From Zygnema circumcarinatum SAG 698-1b (taxonomy: Eukaryota; Plantae; Zygnematophyceae): a stretch of 64,000 nt of DNA. The notes under the pieces are model-generated. The model was not told where the DNA came from. It ran no database searches and saw only the letters and a list, made by a program, of their open reading frames with translations. The stretch spans positions 3,668,895-3,732,894 of the forward strand of contig CM074811.1 in assembly GCA_037447605.1 (NCBI GenBank). Direction: 5' to 3'. Below are positions 61,081 through 64,000 of this stretch, piece by piece. The number at the start of each line of letters is the position of its first letter. The stretch's first letter is position 1. The translations under genes and the position numbers were made by a program.

Positions 61081-64000
61081 CATCTTGTGCATGTACGCAA
61101 AGTGTTCGAGGTGTTGCGAAAACACACGTTTTATGCCAAGCGAAAGAAGTGTAACTTCATGCAACGAGAATTGTTGTATCTTGGGCATATCTTGAACGAT
61201 CAGGGACTGAAACCTGATCCAGCCAAGGTGTCTGCTGTAAAGACATGGGCTATACCGACTGATCTTCATCAGTTGCGGTCTTTTCTTGGATTTGCGAATT
61301 ATTTTCGTAAGTTTATCCAAGGCTTTAGTAAGTTGGTAACACCTCTTACCAATTTGACACGTTCCGGTGTCGCGTATGCATGGACGCCAGAGTGCCAGAC
61401 GGCATTTGATGGTGTGAGACATGCGCTTGTGACAGCACCTACGTTAAGGTTGGCTGATCCGCGGTTGCCATATGAAGTGGTATGTGACGCTTCGGGGTTC
61501 GCTTTGGGTGCGGTTTTGTTCCAAGACGACCAACCTCTTGCTTACGAAAGTCGCATGATGGAACCCAAATTGAAATTTAAACTACTCACCACAGAAAGGT
61601 GAGCTCTTGGTCGCTGTTCACGCCTCGGTGAATACGGCGTTGGCTTCGAGGGCGTGGTGTCACGCCGTCACATCACCGTCCACCGACCGCTCTTCCACTC
61701 GCCAGACTTCTTTCGGAGCGGCAGCACGCCGGTTCGAAGTTCCTCCAACGTTCGACCGCTAGTGGGTATACAGCCCGGAGGCTAAATGTATGACTCCATC
61801 GGCGGTGCAACCCATTCATCTAGCCTCGATGATGCGCCATTTCTACTCGGGTGTTGGTGGTACGGTGATGTATGAGACGGCGGGTCACAACCCAGCGCTA
61901 TATTTCTCCCAAAGAGATGTTTTGTCATGCAAAACCCTTCATCAGCGATTTAGCTAACCCTCCTCGCCGCATAGATGATCCAGAGGGGTATATCGCGATC
62001 CTTTGTTCCCCGGACGCCAAGGCAATGGCTATAGTTAGAATGCCGTGCGTTTCCGACGGCTCTTGGTACCACTTACAAGCGCCAGTTCTACCCCAAGGCT
62101 GATCTCGTACGGCAGCCTGGCAATCGGGTGCGAGATGCACGCATCCTCCTGCATAGCCAAGGCGGGGAGTTGCCAAAACCCGTGAAGCACTGCTCCGAGA
62201 ATTCTGGTGGCCCGGAATTACAGCGGACGTGGAGGCGTATGTACTCGCATGCCCAACTTGTCAGCGGGATAAGCCTCGCACGGGACCTGTGCCTGGCTTG
62301 CTCCAGCCCCTCGCCCCTCCTTACAGGAAGTGGGAGAGTGTGGGTATGGATTTGATCACAGATTTACCTGTGACAGCTCGGGGTTTTGACTCCATCCTCG
62401 TGTTTGTCGACCGCCTGAGCAAAATGGTGCATTTTGCAGCCACTGCTAAGACGGCGGGTGCCGACGAAATAGCACGGCTATATGTTGACAAGGTCCGAGT
62501 CAAGATGGGACTTTGACCAGATCATCTCGTGATCGCATACCGCATTCACCGCCATTTCTGGAAAGGAAATCCTCCGATTATCGACGGCAAAGCAGTGAGT
62601 GTTCTTCCACCTCGCATGTGATGGCCAAATCCGGAAGGGTGAACCGGATTCGAAGACTATTTTTGAGGTATTGAGGGGACCCATCCCGGATATGGATGGG
62701 ATGAATCCGCTTCCCGTGTACGAGTATGCCATTAATAATGCATTCCAAGAATCAATCGTACCACTCTTCTTCTTGAACTTTGGTCAAGATCCTCTAACTT
62801 CGGTACTAAGAGATCGTAGCCAGCCAGATGTGTGAACATGGATGTTCACAGTTCCCCGCATCCTTGGGGCATGAGAGTGAGCTGGCGGAGTCAACCTCCC
62901 ATTGCTAGTGCTTTTTACCGGAAAATGTCCAGGCGCTGGCTGCAGGGGCGCGCGCGTATCTCCCGTTAGCGTTCGCGCCGCCAGAAGTTTATAGCCGATC
63001 GCCGCCGTGTTGCATTAACCTCGGCCAGGGCGCATCGTGCACGGCTGAGCACGCTTCTAACTTCTGTGTTCAAGATCTCTACGCTGAACCCGCAAGTTGT
63101 GGCTCGCTTCATGTAGACCTTTTCGGCCGTGAAGCTTAATTCCAAGGGAGGTCGCTATCGCGGGCTGGCTTTACCGCTCATATGAAAGTGCATCCGCCTT
63201 TCACGGGTCTTCTTAAGGCATACCGCACATGGAGAGTCCAACCACCTCCCTCCGGAAGCTGAGGGTGACCTCGGCATGAGGTGTAGAGACCATCCAAACC
63301 TACGTGATCGCGGAGTAGAGGTCGTGATTTCCCCGCCTACCAATATCTTCGTGAAATGGTTAGCCATGGGTTGAACATAGCACGGAACGCGGAAAAGCAA
63401 TCTCACAAATTGCAAAGGAGCTTCCCCGAGATTGTACCGGGAGGCTTGCATCACCGTGAGCGGCGCAGGGCGGCTAGGGTTCCCGTAACTGTCCACGCGC
63501 ATACTGAAAGTTTACTCTGACCGGGATTAACGCTGAAGCTTCCTTTCCGGCATACCCTCAAGCAGCATGCAGGACGCAATACTTCCTTTAAACCGCTGGT
63601 CGCCAAGCGTTATTTCTTTTCCCAAAGGAACGCAGGGCGTTCACGCATTTCATGGGGAGTAATGTAGCGCACGCTACAGGCCAAGTGGACTTCGAGGCGC
63701 ATCATAGTGATACTATGATCATCCTTTCATCTCCGCCAGCGATAGGTTAGGACGCCAAGACCGCATGAGGTGCTCCTGGGCTCATCCCGCGGCGCGAAGC
63801 GATCTCTTTGATCGACCGCCGCCCGCATAGATGTACGGACGCACCGATTTACGGATCCCGCGGCCGCAGATTCGCCGCCGCCGCCGCACGCCGCGCCAAT
63901 GCAGAGATGCGCGTATCTTTTGATAGGTACCGGCCTGCATCGGTGACGGACGTGGGAAGCCGATGTGCCCCGACTGCCGACTTTTACTGCAGCGCTGCCG

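Larger units (their letters stand above)
60955..63230 (+). mobile_element. Ty3/Gypsy LTR retrotransposon, degenerate: putative LTR start, RT-RNaseH, integrase, GPF/Y remnant
   Basis: TGTAAC at 60955. 61087-61560 reads ..KKCNFMQRELLYLGHIL..LRSFLGFANYFRKFIQGFSKLVTPLTNLT..W..ECQTAF..LRLADP..YEVVCDASGFALGAVLFQ..PLAYESR (RT thumb and RNase H). 62190-62500 reads FWWPGITADVEAYVLACPTCQRDK..LLQPL..KWESVGMDLITDLP..DSILVFVDRLSKMVHF (integrase). 63182 reads MKVHPPFTGLLKAY (GPF/Y module remnant). The order RT-RH-IN is the Gypsy order. There are many frameshifts and no 3' LTR is seen. Confidence 0.92.

Noticed and set aside
59915-61422. Long ORFs (199-395 aa F/P/S/L-rich on minus; 249 aa G-K-E collagen-like on plus)
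   Set aside because: These are by-products of a stop-free 9-bp purine repeat. Gly-X-Y appears in several frames and the register shifts, so there is no evidence of coding.
63540-63700. Chromodomain at the integrase C-terminus (chromovirus call)
   Set aside because: Only a weak RTQYFL-like trace amid frameshifts; not supportable.

Overview
Eukaryotic, intron-rich nuclear DNA with GC-rich first exons, many microsatellites and four N-gaps. The gene content is plant-like and many splice acceptors have little pyrimidine tract, which suggests a streptophyte green alga (possibly Zygnematophyceae); this is inference only. By manual splicing I recover nine protein-coding genes: a 5'-truncated unknown coiled-coil gene (+), DNA polymerase delta subunit 4 (+), chlorophyll b reductase NOL (-), a GPR107/GOST-like 7-TM protein lacking the luminal domain (+), a CIB/BEE-type bHLH (-), plastid adenylate kinase 5 with DUF1995 (-), a YTHDC-type m6A reader (ECT12-like, +), proteasome lid RPN6 (-), an EDR2-like PH-START-DUF1336 protein (+) and GDP-mannose 3',5'-epimerase (+); counting the partial first gene this makes ten loci. 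The last 4 kb hold a polypurine minisatellite, a heptamer repeat, a degenerate antisense tRNA-like sequence at a putative LTR start, and a decayed Ty3/Gypsy pol. The observations most worth following up are: (1) the tRNA-like Pol III-type head inside the putative LTR end; (2) a dispersed foldback element built from TGGTT/AACCA dyads and CCAAT boxes at up to three intergenic sites; (3) possible deep microsynteny of AMK5 and EDR2-like with Arabidopsis; (4) CCGTAC/GTACGG motifs in almost every promoter, plus 21-bp-phased motif arrays. Exon boundaries and family calls come from reading the sequence and recalled family motifs; no searches were run.
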